Origin: an uncultured delta proteobacterium
Lineage (GTDB): Bacteria; Desulfobacterota; Binatia; HRBIN30; BPIQ01
Direction: 5' to 3'
NCBI GenBank assembly: GCA_963761335.1
Contig: CAVXGR010000013.1
Location: forward strand, 325,059 to 389,058
Length of the DNA stretch: 64,000 bases
This document shows, piece after piece, positions 41,884 to 50,965 of the stretch (positions are counted from its first letter, which is position 1; every line of letters begins with the position of its first letter). Under the pieces are notes generated by a model. The model searched no databases, was not told where the DNA came from, and saw only the letters and a program-made list of their open reading frames with translations. The translations under genes and the position numbers were made by a program.

Positions 41884-44442
41884 TCAGATGTCCGTGATCG
41901 CCTTGCCGGCGATCCAGCCGCGGCGGCCGTCGGGCCGCGCCACCTGAACCCACCCGGCGCGGCGCTCCACGACGCGCAGCACGCTGCCCTCGGGCGCCTT
42001 GAAGTAGGTGGTCCCGTCCTCGCTCGGCTCGAAGCGCACGGCGGCATTTCCCGGCTGCGTCACCACGGCGCTGGTGTTCACGTGATAGCGCCAGACGCGA
42101 TAGCCGAGGCTGCTGCTGCAGACGAGCAGCAGCACGGCAACGGCGACGGCGCCGCGGCCGGCAGGCGATGAGGCGCGCGGCCAGAGAAGGCGGGCGATCA
42201 GCAGCAACATCGCCAAGGTGTAGAGGCCGCTGGTGAGCAGCACCAGCGCCGCGGTGCTCAGGCGCTCGCCCAGCGGAAAAGCGAGGCGCTCCCACAGGGC
42301 CGTCTCCGGCTCGATGTCGCCCTCCTCGCGGGCGAACTGCAGGTTGGCGCGAATGTCGGCATCCGCCGGCGCCAGCCGCCGCGCTCTCTCGTAGTTGAGA
42401 ATCGCCAGCCCGGGGTGGCCGCTCTTCTCGTAGGCGTTGCCGAGATTGTAGTAGACCGCGGCGCTCTCGAGGCCGGCGGCGAGGACCGACTGATAGCCGT
42501 CGATGGCCTTCTGCCACTGCCCGTCGCCGTAAGCGGTGTTGGCGCCGTAGAAGGCGGCGGTCGGGCTGGCGGTGACCGCGGCGATCAGCGGCGCCGCCAG
42601 GAGGAGGATCGCGGCGGCGGCGACCAGGCGCTCGAGGTGCGGGCCGCGGCGCTCGAGCTTGTCGACGATGGCGCGGGCCAGGTGGATGGCCTGCTGGCGG
42701 TCGCCCTCGGCCGCCGCCCCGGGCGTGTAGCGGATGCGCTCGAGCACGCCGAAGAACTCGTGGATCTGCGCGGTGATCTCCGGGCCGGTGCCGTTGCGGC
42801 TCAGGCGCTCGGCGGCGCGCTCGGCGTCCACCCCGCCCGGCGGCAGGTCGAGCTTGGCCGAGAGATAGTCGCGCATGGCGCGGCCGACGGTGTCGTCGAA
42901 GTGCTCGTGCTCGCCGCGGCGCAGCACCTGCTCGATCTCCCCGAGAGCCTTGCGCGCTTCGCGACCGGCGCGCAGGTAACGCGCGTAGCGCGGGTCGGAG
43001 TGCAGGCGCTCGCGCCGGCGCACCATCGTCCAGGCACCGGCGAATGCCAGCAGCGGCACCGGCTGGAGAAGCAGAAACCACCATGTGTCGTAGAAGCGGT
43101 GACCGCGCCGCAGCAGCGTACCGGGGGAGTCCTTGATGTAGACGATGTCGCGGCCGAGCTTCTCGGGGGCGGGCTTCGCCGCCTGCGCCTGCGGCGCCTC
43201 GACGACCTTGGTGCCGTGCTCTTCGGTCGGTGCCTGCACGGTGAGCGGGAAGGGGCCGCGGGCGAGGGTGCGGTAGGTGCCGGCTTCCGGATCGAAGAAG
43301 GAGAAGCGCACGGCGGGAATCCGCTGGGCTCCCGCGTGCAGCGGGATGAGCACCTGCTCGAAGACCTTCTCGCCGTCGCCGGGCTTCGGCGACGTCTGCG
43401 TCGGATAGGCCTTGAAGTCGCTGCCGGCGTCGATGTGGGGCGCGTCGACGGTGGCGAAGTTGCCCTCGCCGCTGACCCGCATGTGCACCGTGACCGGGTC
43501 GCCGGCGTGGAGCTCGGTCGGCTTGGCGGAGACCTCGAGATCGAACTGGCCGACAGCGCCGGTGAAGTCGGCCGGCCTTCCCGCTTCCGGAAGCGGCTGT
43601 ACCTGCATCGCCACGCCGTCGGCGCGCAGCTCGATCGGGCGGTGCTGGGCGAACGGGTCCATGGAGAAGAAGCGGTCGAAGAAGGCGTCGCCCGCGCCGC
43701 GCCGGCGGTTGACCAGGACCGACATCGACATGTGCGCGGGCCCGAGCGTCAGCGCCCCGGAACGCAGCGGCACCGCCATGGTGTGAAAGCGCACCACGTG
43801 AACGCGGCGGCCGTCGCGAACCTCATCCGACTGGGTCGGCTGCCCGAACGGATCGAGCGCGAAGCCGTCGCCGTCGACCTTGGGATACTGCACGTCGTCG
43901 ATGCGCGTCTGGCCGACGACGAGGGTCACGGTGACCGGCACGCGCTGCTGCAGGTACACGTCGTTCTTGGCCACCTGCAGCTCGAGGGACAGGCCGCCGG
44001 CGCTCTGGCGACCGCGCGGCCCGTTCGCCTGACTGCCCGCCTGAGCGGCGGGCGCGACCTGCAGGCGAACGCTGCCGGCATCGTAGTCGCGGCCGTCGTA
44101 CTGCACGTGGAGTGGTCCGATGACGAAGCTGCCCTCCTTCGTGGCCACCACCGAGTAGCGATGTTGTACGGTCGCCGACATCGAGCCGTTGACGATCGAC
44201 ACCTGCGTCGACGGACCGACGTAGCGGATGGTCAGACCGTCAATGTCCGGGATGCCGGGCGCGGCGACATTCTGCGCGCCGGTGATCTCCACGGTCAGGG
44301 TCACCACCTCGCCGACGCTGGCGCGATTGCTGTCGAGGTAGGCGCGCGCGCTCACGTCCGCGGCGCTGGCGAGGGGAGGCGCCGCCAGCCACAGAACGGC
44401 GACCGCGGCGGTGAGAAGGGCGCGCCGGCAGAGCACCATCAC
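41884..44442 (-). CDS. BatD family protein fused to a BatE-like TPR-TM-SH3 module
   Basis: Signal peptide, BatD Ig-like repeats (PADFTGAVGQF, FSFFDP..G.Y), TM, TPR (YYNLGNAY..AILNYERA), TM pair, SH3-like end (EG..LRV....GWVQV..DGRRGWI). Confidence 0.88.
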   Translation of the reverse strand: MMVLCRRALLTAAVAVLWLAAPPLASAADVSARAYLDSNRASVGEVVTLTVEITGAQNVAAPGIPDIDGLTIRYVGPSTQVSIVNGSMSATVQHRYSVVATKEGSFVIGPLHVQYDGRDYDAGSVRLQVAPAAQAGSQANGPRGRQSAGGLSLELQVAKNDVYLQQRVPVTVTLVVGQTRIDDVQYPKVDGDGFALDPFGQPTQSDEVRDGRRVHVVRFHTMAVPLRSGALTLGPAHMSMSVLVNRRRGAGDAFFDRFFSMDPFAQHRPIELRADGVAMQVQPLPEAGRPADFTGAVGQFDLEVSAKPTELHAGDPVTVHMRVSGEGNFATVDAPHIDAGSDFKAYPTQTSPKPGDGEKVFEQVLIPLHAGAQRIPAVRFSFFDPEAGTYRTLARGPFPLTVQAPTEEHGTKVVEAPQAQAAKPAPEKLGRDIVYIKDSPGTLLRRGHRFYDTWWFLLLQPVPLLAFAGAWTMVRRRERLHSDPRYARYLRAGREARKALGEIEQVLRRGEHEHFDDTVGRAMRDYLSAKLDLPPGGVDAERAAERLSRNGTGPEITAQIHEFFGVLERIRYTPGAAAEGDRQQAIHLARAIVDKLERRGPHLERLVAAAAILLLAAPLIAAVTASPTAAFYGANTAYGDGQWQKAIDGYQSVLAAGLESAAVYYNLGNAYEKSGHPGLAILNYERARRLAPADADIRANLQFAREEGDIEPETALWERLAFPLGERLSTAALVLLTSGLYTLAMLLLIARLLWPRASSPAGRGAVAVAVLLLVCSSSLGYRVWRYHVNTSAVVTQPGNAAVRFEPSEDGTTYFKAPEGSVLRVVERRAGWVQVARPDGRRGWIAGKAITDI

Positions 44443-45491
44443 CAGTCGTCCAGCGGCTCGGCGACAGCCGCCGGACCGCGCGCTCTCCGCAGCTCCTCGG
44501 GGCGGACCTCCTCGTCGCGCGCCGTGTCGATCACCCCCTGAGCCTGCTTGCGGTTCATGTCCTCGGCGCTCTGCTCGCCTTCAGCTGCTGCCACTTGTCC
44601 CTCACCGCCCGGCTGGCCTTCCTGAGGCTGCTCGGCCTGGGGCGCGGCCGACTGTTGCTGCTGCTGGTCCTCCGGCGCCTGCTGCTGCTCCTGCTGTTGC
44701 TGGTCCTGCTGAGCCTGGTCCTGCTGCTGTTGCTGGTCCTGCGGGCTCTGCTGCTTCTGGCCCTGATCCTGCTCGGCGTTCTGTTGCTGTTGTTGATCCT
44801 GTGGCTGGCTCTGGTTCTGCTGCTGGTTCTGATCCTGCTGCTGTTGCTGCTGGTCCTGTTGCTGCTGGTTCTGCGACTGCTGCTGCTCTTCCTGCTTCTT
44901 CTTCTGCTCCTCCTCTTTTTTCTTCTTCTCCTCTTCCAGCTTCTTCTTCAACTCCTCCAGCTTGGCGGAGACGAACTCGTGATTGAACTTGACGTCTTTG
45001 TCGCTCGGATCGAGCCCCATGGCGCGCTTGTACGCGGCCAGCGCCTGGCCGTAGGAGGTGATGGCCGTCTGCGGGTCGGAATCGGCGGCCTTCTGTCCGA
45101 CGCGGTAGTAGGTGTTGCCGAGATTGTAGGCGGCGCGCGCCGCGAGCTTGTCTCCCTCGCCGGCCTGCAGCTTCTCGAGCGTGCCGGCGGCGTCGCTGTA
45201 GTCGCCGGCCTTGTACTGCGCCGCGGCCATGTCGTAGCGCACCACGGGGGCGTCGGGCTGGTCGACCAGCGCCTGGCCGAACTCCTGGGCCGCGTCCTTG
45301 TACTTGCCGCTGTCGTAGAGGCGGTTGCCCTTGGCCACCGGATCGCTCGACTGCCCGAGCCAGGCGACCTGCGACAGCGCCGCGAGCAGAACCACGAGCG
45401 TCGCCACGAGCGAGATCCTCTGAGGCTGCGGGCACAGTTCCCCTCTCCCGCATTCTCTGCGGGAGAGGGCCCGGGTGAGGGTCCCAATCAT
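44439..45491 (-). CDS. BatC-like TPR protein with K/E and Q-rich low-complexity tail
   Basis: GNRLY..GKY, AYNLGNTYY, YKRAM.LDP.D.D.KFN, poly-Q region, terminal DW. Confidence 0.88.
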   Translation of the reverse strand: MIGTLTRALSRRECGRGELCPQPQRISLVATLVVLLAALSQVAWLGQSSDPVAKGNRLYDSGKYKDAAQEFGQALVDQPDAPVVRYDMAAAQYKAGDYSDAAGTLEKLQAGEGDKLAARAAYNLGNTYYRVGQKAADSDPQTAITSYGQALAAYKRAMGLDPSDKDVKFNHEFVSAKLEELKKKLEEEKKKKEEEQKKKQEEQQQSQNQQQQDQQQQQQDQNQQQNQSQPQDQQQQQNAEQDQGQKQQSPQDQQQQQDQAQQDQQQQEQQQAPEDQQQQQSAAPQAEQPQEGQPGGEGQVAAAEGEQSAEDMNRKQAQGVIDTARDEEVRPEELRRARGPAAVAEPLDDW

Positions 45492-46534
45492 GCCGCCTCC
45501 CGAAAGCGCGCCCGCGCCGCGCGGCGGAGGCGGAGGCGCAGGGCCTGCTTGCGCTCTCCCACCAGCGGCTCAATCAGCAGCAGGGCGATGGCCACGGCGA
45601 GCGGGATCTGGAAGCGCTCCTCGAAGCGGCGCTGCAGGCTGCTCTGCAGCTCGCGCCTCTCCATCTTGGCGATGTGGTCCTTGAAGATCTCCTCGAGCCC
45701 GAGCGAGGCGCCGGTGCCATGCACGTAGGCGCCGCCGGTGTCGAGAGCGATCTTCTGCAGCGTCTTCTCGTCGAGCCGCGACTTCACCACCTGACCCTCG
45801 CGGTTCTTCACATAGCCGGTGGTGTTCGGCAGCGGGATCAGGTCTCCCTCGGTGGTGCCGATGCCGACGGTGTAGACCTTGATGCCGCGATCGGTGGCTC
45901 TCTTGATGGCATCGTCGAGCTTGCCTTCGTGGTCCTCGCCGTCGGTGATCAGGATCAGCGCTTCGTGCTTTCCCTGGCGCGCCTCGAAGCCGTCGACGCT
46001 GGTGTCGATCGCCTCGCCCAGCGCCGTGCCGCCGCGGGGAATGATGCCGACCTCGATGGCGTTGAGGCTCTGGCGGAAGGCGTCGTAGTCGAGGGTCAGC
46101 GGGCACTGGAGAAAGGCGCTGCCGGCGAAGGCGACCAGGCCGACGCGATCCCCCTGCAGCAGATTGAGCAGATCCTCCACCGCCAGCTTCGCTCTCTCCA
46201 GTCGGTCGGGCTTGACGTCGGTGGCCAGCATGCTCCGCGACGTGTCGATGGCGACGATCAGGTCGACGCCTTCGCGCTTGACCTGCTCCCAGTGCAGGCC
46301 CCAGCGCGGCCCGGCGAGCGCCACGATGAGCAGCGCCAGGGCGGCGAGCCGCAGACCTTCGCGCAGCAGGCGGCGATTGCCATCGACGTCGGGCGCCAGC
46401 CGCGGGATGAGCGAGGTGTCGGCGAACTCCGCCAGGCTCTTGGTCCGCCGGCGCAGGCGGAGCCAGACGAAGGCGGCGAGCACCGGCAGCAGCAGAAGCA
46501 GCCAGAGGGCCGCGGGATGGCTCCAGTCGATCAC
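45488..46534 (-). CDS. BatB-like VWA domain protein
   Basis: LAGPRWG, MIDAS DTSRSM, RLERAK, CPLTLD, LITDGEDH. Confidence 0.92.
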   Translation of the reverse strand: MIDWSHPAALWLLLLLPVLAAFVWLRLRRRTKSLAEFADTSLIPRLAPDVDGNRRLLREGLRLAALALLIVALAGPRWGLHWEQVKREGVDLIVAIDTSRSMLATDVKPDRLERAKLAVEDLLNLLQGDRVGLVAFAGSAFLQCPLTLDYDAFRQSLNAIEVGIIPRGGTALGEAIDTSVDGFEARQGKHEALILITDGEDHEGKLDDAIKRATDRGIKVYTVGIGTTEGDLIPLPNTTGYVKNREGQVVKSRLDEKTLQKIALDTGGAYVHGTGASLGLEEIFKDHIAKMERRELQSSLQRRFEERFQIPLAVAIALLLIEPLVGERKQALRLRLRRAARARFREAA

Positions 46535-47526
46535 GGCAACACCCGCAGGAGCGTGTGGCTCAGCATCGTCTCGCCGACCAGTAGCAGCAGCGCCGGGGCG
46601 ATCAGCCAGATGCCGATCTCACGGTAGTCGAGGAAGCGAGGCGCCTCCGCCGGGCTCTTCTCCAGCTGGTCGATCTCTTCGTAGATCTTCTCCAGGCTGG
46701 CGGTGTCGGTGGCGCGGAAGTACTTGCCCCCGGTCTCCTCGGCGATCTTGGTGAGCGTGTCCTCGTCGATGTCCACCTGCATCGGCTGATAGATGCGGTT
46801 GCCGAACATGTCCGTGGCGGGGTAGGGGGCCAGACCGCGGGTGCCGGCGCCGATGGTGTAGACGCGATAGCCGAGGGTTGCCGCTGCCTGCGCCGCGGTG
46901 GTCGGGGATACCTTTCCGGCGTTGCTCTGTCCGTCGGTGAGCAGCACGACGATCTTGCTCTTCGCGGTCGACGGCTCGAGGCGACTCACGGCGGTCGCCA
47001 GCGCCGAGCCGACGGCTGTGCCGTCCTCGATCATGCCGACCTTGGCGCGCTCGAGGTTCTTCAGCAGCCAGCCGTGGTCGAAGGTCAGCGGGCACTGCGT
47101 GTAGGGACGGGCGGCGAAGAGCACCAGGCCAATGCGGTCGTTCGGGCGGCCGTCGACGAACTGGCGCACCACGGACTTCACCGCCTCGAGACGGCTGGCG
47201 CGGGCGCCGTTCACAGTGAAATCCTCGGCCAGCATGCTGCCGGAGACGTCGACGGCGAGCATGATGTCGATGCCCTCGCTGAACACTCTGCTCTCCGCCT
47301 TGCCCATTTGCGGCCGCGCCAGGGCGACCAGCAGCAGGGCGCCGGCGGCGAGGCGCAGCGCCGTCGGCACCCAGCGCCAGTGGGCGCGGCGTCCGGGACC
47401 GACGGCGACAATGCTGGCCAGCGCCGGGAAGCGCAGCGTCGCCGGCCGCGCCCGCCGTCTCCACGCCCACCAGGCCAGCGGCAGGAGAAGCAGGAGCAGC
47501 AGCAGCCAGGGATCATGCAGCCGCAC
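46531..47526 (-). CDS. BatA-like VWA domain protein
   Basis: P..LLLL N-terminus, LARPQ, MIDAS DVSGSM, DGTAVGSAL, LLTDGQSNAG, IDEDTL..IA..TGG.YFRA. Confidence 0.93.
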   Translation of the reverse strand: MRLHDPWLLLLLLLLPLAWWAWRRRARPATLRFPALASIVAVGPGRRAHWRWVPTALRLAAGALLLVALARPQMGKAESRVFSEGIDIMLAVDVSGSMLAEDFTVNGARASRLEAVKSVVRQFVDGRPNDRIGLVLFAARPYTQCPLTFDHGWLLKNLERAKVGMIEDGTAVGSALATAVSRLEPSTAKSKIVVLLTDGQSNAGKVSPTTAAQAAATLGYRVYTIGAGTRGLAPYPATDMFGNRIYQPMQVDIDEDTLTKIAEETGGKYFRATDTASLEKIYEEIDQLEKSPAEAPRFLDYREIGIWLIAPALLLLVGETMLSHTLLRVLP

Positions 47527-48563
47527 GCTTGGCCTCCTCCGGTCGCGACTCCTCGATGAAGCGGCGCGCTGCGGCGTAGGCGCGCTCGGCGGCGTCGGGA
47601 GCCGGGTGATGGCGGGCGAACTTGACCAGATCCGACTCGGCGAGGAAGTCGCCGAGCATCGAACGCTGCTCGCCGGTGAGGCGGCGATCCCGCTGCATGG
47701 CGACGAGGAACTCCTCGGTGGTCATCTCGGGGGCGCGCAGCCCGAAGCGCGTCTCCGCATAGGTGCGCACGATCGACGACAGCGACACGTAGTACTCCTC
47801 GAAGCGGCCCGCCTCGATCATGCGCTGGGCGCGCAGGCGCGCGAGCGCCTCGAGCGCCACCTCGTGCGCCGGCCGCGGCGGCACCTGGGCGGCGCGTCGC
47901 CGGCGATTCACCAGCAGATAGACCCCCGCCACCAGCGCCGCCAGCGCCAGCACGCCGCCGGCGGCGATCGCCGTCGGCCGCCAGTCCCAGGGGATCGGCA
48001 CCGGCGGGGCGATGTCGCGGATATCGTTCGCCTTGGGCTCCTTCGCCAAAAGGCTATCGACGATCACCACCGTCTCGCCGGCGGAAGCGTCCTGAAGCTC
48101 GCCTCCCGGCAGGCGGTACTTGATCGGAAATCCAGGGATCGTCTCGTCGCCGGGGGTGTAGGAGACCAGCTTGAACCAGCGCCTGGTCACCAGCTTGTCA
48201 CCGTCGGCGTGCGGCGGCACGTCGCCGAAGTCGGTGACGAAGAAATCCCCGAAGCGCTCGCCGAGCACCGGCACCACCAGCTGGGTGTTCTTGGGAGCGG
48301 AGATGTCGACGATGTAGCGGAACGGCGTGCCGATGGTCACCGTCTTCGGCTCGACGTGTGCCTTCACCAGCCACCGGAGCGGCGGCGGGAGGCGGCGGAG
48401 CAGGGGAGGTCGCGGGCGTCTGGGCAAGGGCGACGCCGCCCAGCAGCATGAAAGCGGCCAGGAAGCCGCTGCAAGCCCGCCGCGGCAACAGGTCCCCTCT
48501 CCCGCCTCCTTCGCAGGAGAGGGTCAGGGTGAGGGCTGTTCCGCCGGTGTCTCTCCCAATCAC
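47513..48563 (-). pseudogene. Bat-operon single-TM protein (BatD-like/DUF4381-like) with an apparent extra base near 48370
   Basis: The GTGA-coupled start and signal peptide (FMLLGGVALAQ) are in one frame and the body (VKAHVEPKTVTIG...IRDI..P, APEMTTEEF, SDLVKFA) in another; span 1051 nt = 3n+1; may be a sequencing error. Confidence 0.7.
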
Positions 48564-49441
48564 GCCGCCCTCCGCCGCTCGCGGTCGCGGAAGAAGCGAT
48601 GCAGCGCCGCGATGTAGGGCCGGTCGGTGCGCACGCCGATGGCGTCGACGTCGACGCCCCGCAGGGCGCGGTCGCGGTCCACTCGCTTGGCCTCCTGGGC
48701 GTCGGCGAAGCGGCGCCGCACCCCGGCGTCGGCGGTGTCGACCACCGTGCAGGAGCCGGACTCCGGATCCTCGAGGCTCAACAGGCCGAGGTTGGGAAGC
48801 TCGAAATCGCGCGGGTCGTCGAGCACCACCGCGATCAGGTCGTGCCGCTGGTTGGCCAGCTTCAGCGGCCGCCGCAGCTCGGGGACGAGAAAGTCGGAGA
48901 TGACGAAGGTGACACAGCGCCGCTTGGTGACCCGGTTGAGATGCTCGAGGGCCAGTCCCAGATCGGTGCCGCGCCCCTGGGGCACGCAGTTGAGCACGTC
49001 GCGGATGACGCGCAGGACGTGGCGCGTCCCCTTGCGCGGCGGCACGGCGAGCTCGATGCGATCGGTGAAGATGATCAGCCCGACTTTGTCGTTGTTGCTG
49101 ATGGCGGAGAAGGCGAACAGGGCCGCCATCTCGGCGGCGAGCTCGCTCTTCAGCTGGCGCACCGAGCCGAAGCGCGTCGAGGCGCTGGCGTCGACCAGCA
49201 GCATCACCGTCAGCTCGCGCTCCTCGGCGAAGCGCTTGACGTGCGGCACGCCGGTGCGCGCCGTGACGTTCCAGTCGATGGTGCGCACCTCGTCGCCGGG
49301 CTGGTACAGCCGCACCTCGGCGAACTCCATGCCGCGCCCCTTGAAGACGCTCTGGTACTGGCCGGCGAACAGATCCGTGACCAGATGGCTGGTGCGAATC
49401 TGAACCCGACGGACGGCCTTCAGCTGCTCCCGTGTCAGCAT
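48560..49441 (-). CDS. DUF58 domain protein
   Basis: SVFKGRGMEFAEVRLYQPGD, IDWNVTAR, EEREL, DASAS, VISDF. Confidence 0.95.
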   Translation of the reverse strand: MLTREQLKAVRRVQIRTSHLVTDLFAGQYQSVFKGRGMEFAEVRLYQPGDEVRTIDWNVTARTGVPHVKRFAEERELTVMLLVDASASTRFGSVRQLKSELAAEMAALFAFSAISNNDKVGLIIFTDRIELAVPPRKGTRHVLRVIRDVLNCVPQGRGTDLGLALEHLNRVTKRRCVTFVISDFLVPELRRPLKLANQRHDLIAVVLDDPRDFELPNLGLLSLEDPESGSCTVVDTADAGVRRRFADAQEAKRVDRDRALRGVDVDAIGVRTDRPYIAALHRFFRDRERRRAA

Positions 49442-49475
49442 GCAACCCTGGGGAGTTCCGAGCAGGAGAAGTCGA

Positions 49476-50465
49476 TCAGGGCACCGCCACTCCGTCGAGG
49501 ATGCGCTTCACCACGGTATCCGCAGTGAGCTCCTCCGCCTCGGCCTCGTAGGTGACGATGACGCGGTGGCGGAGGACGTCCGGAGCGATCGATTTCACGT
49601 CCTGCGGGGTCACGTATCCGCGTCCCTGAAGGAAGGCGTGCGCCTTCGCCGCCAAGGTGAGAAAGAGCGTGGCGCGCGGCGAAGCCCCGTATTGGATGAA
49701 GGGTGCCAGGTCGAGCTTGAATGAGGCCGGGTCGCGAGTGGCGAACACCAGATCGATGATGTACTCCTTCACCTTGTCATCGATGTAGATGGCATCGACG
49801 AGCTTGCGCGTGGCCATGATCTCGTCTGGATGGACCACGGTCTCCGCTTTGGGACCGCTGTTGGTGGTCGCCATGCGCTCGAGGATCTGCCGCTCCTCTT
49901 CGCGCGTCGGATAGCCGACGCTGAGCTTTAGCATGAAGCGGTCCACCTGCGCCTCGGGCAACGGGTAGGTGCCCTCCTGCTCGATCGGATTCTGCGTCGC
50001 CAGCACCAGGAAGGGCTCGGGCAGGTAGTGGGTCTCGTCGCCGAGGGTGACCTGGTGCTCCTGCATCGCCTCGAGGAGGGCGCTCTGCACCTTGGCGGGG
50101 GCGCGGTTCACCTCGTCGGCGAGGATGATGTTGGCGAAGATCGGCCCGCGTTTGGTCGAGAACGTCCCCTCGCGCGGGTTGTAGATCAGCGTGCCCAGCA
50201 GGTCGGCGGGGAGCAGGTCGGGGGTGAACTGAATCCGCTTGAAGCTGGCGTCGATCGTCTGCGCCAGCGTCTTGACCGACAGCGTCTTTGCCAGCCCGGG
50301 CACGCCCTCGAGAAGGACGTGGCCATTGGCCAGCAGCCCGATCAGCAGCCGGTCCACCAGGTAGCGCTGGCCGACGATGATCCGGCCGATCTCTTCGCGC
50401 AGGCGGTAGGCGAAGGCCGACGCCTCCTGCACCTGGTCGTTGATCGCGTGAATTCCCTCTTCCAT
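49476..50465 (-). CDS. MoxR family AAA+ ATPase
   Basis: GHVLLEGVPGLAKT, RIQFTPDLLPAD, DEVNRAPAKVQSALLEAM, ATQNPIEQEGTYPLPEAQ.DRF. Confidence 0.97.
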   Translation of the reverse strand: MEEGIHAINDQVQEASAFAYRLREEIGRIIVGQRYLVDRLLIGLLANGHVLLEGVPGLAKTLSVKTLAQTIDASFKRIQFTPDLLPADLLGTLIYNPREGTFSTKRGPIFANIILADEVNRAPAKVQSALLEAMQEHQVTLGDETHYLPEPFLVLATQNPIEQEGTYPLPEAQVDRFMLKLSVGYPTREEERQILERMATTNSGPKAETVVHPDEIMATRKLVDAIYIDDKVKEYIIDLVFATRDPASFKLDLAPFIQYGASPRATLFLTLAAKAHAFLQGRGYVTPQDVKSIAPDVLRHRVIVTYEAEAEELTADTVVKRILDGVAVP

Positions 50466-50620
50466 CGACTCCTCGCGGTTCCAGGGTTCGGAAAATAGAC
50501 GTTGAACGCAGCGGTAAATTCACCCACCTAATTGCCGTGGCAGGCGCGGCAGCGCAAGCCTGGCGCTCAGGCGGGGATGCCTGGCTGGGGTGCGCCGGCC
50601 CTTCGTGCTACGAGAGGGGG

Positions 50621-50950
50621 ATGGCCACCCTTTCGATCGACGACTTCCGCAAGCTCGAGCTGCGCATCGCCACGGTGACCGCCGCCGAGCCCCATCCCAA
50701 CGCCGACCGCCTGTTGGTTCTGAAGATCGACCTGGGAGACGAGCAGCGGCAGCTGGTCGCCGGCATTCGCGCTCACTACGCGCCCGAGGATCTGGTCGGC
50801 CGCCAGATCGTCGTGGTCGCCAACCTGCAGCCGGCGGTGCTGCGGGGGGTCGAGAGCCAGGGAATGCTGCTCGCCGCCGCCGATGCCGAGGGCCGCCTCG
50901 CCCTCCTCGTCCCCGACCGCCCGGTGTCCACCGGCGCCCAGGCGAAGTAG
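50621..50950 (+). CDS. tRNA-binding OB-fold protein (MetG C-terminal/Trbp111/CsaA-like)
   Basis: IDDFRKLELRIA, HPNADRLL, RQLVAGI, NLQPA.LRGVESQGMLL. Confidence 0.92.
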   Translation: MATLSIDDFRKLELRIATVTAAEPHPNADRLLVLKIDLGDEQRQLVAGIRAHYAPEDLVGRQIVVVANLQPAVLRGVESQGMLLAAADAEGRLALLVPDRPVSTGAQAK

Positions 50951-50965
50951 GCGCGAAGCTCGCCG

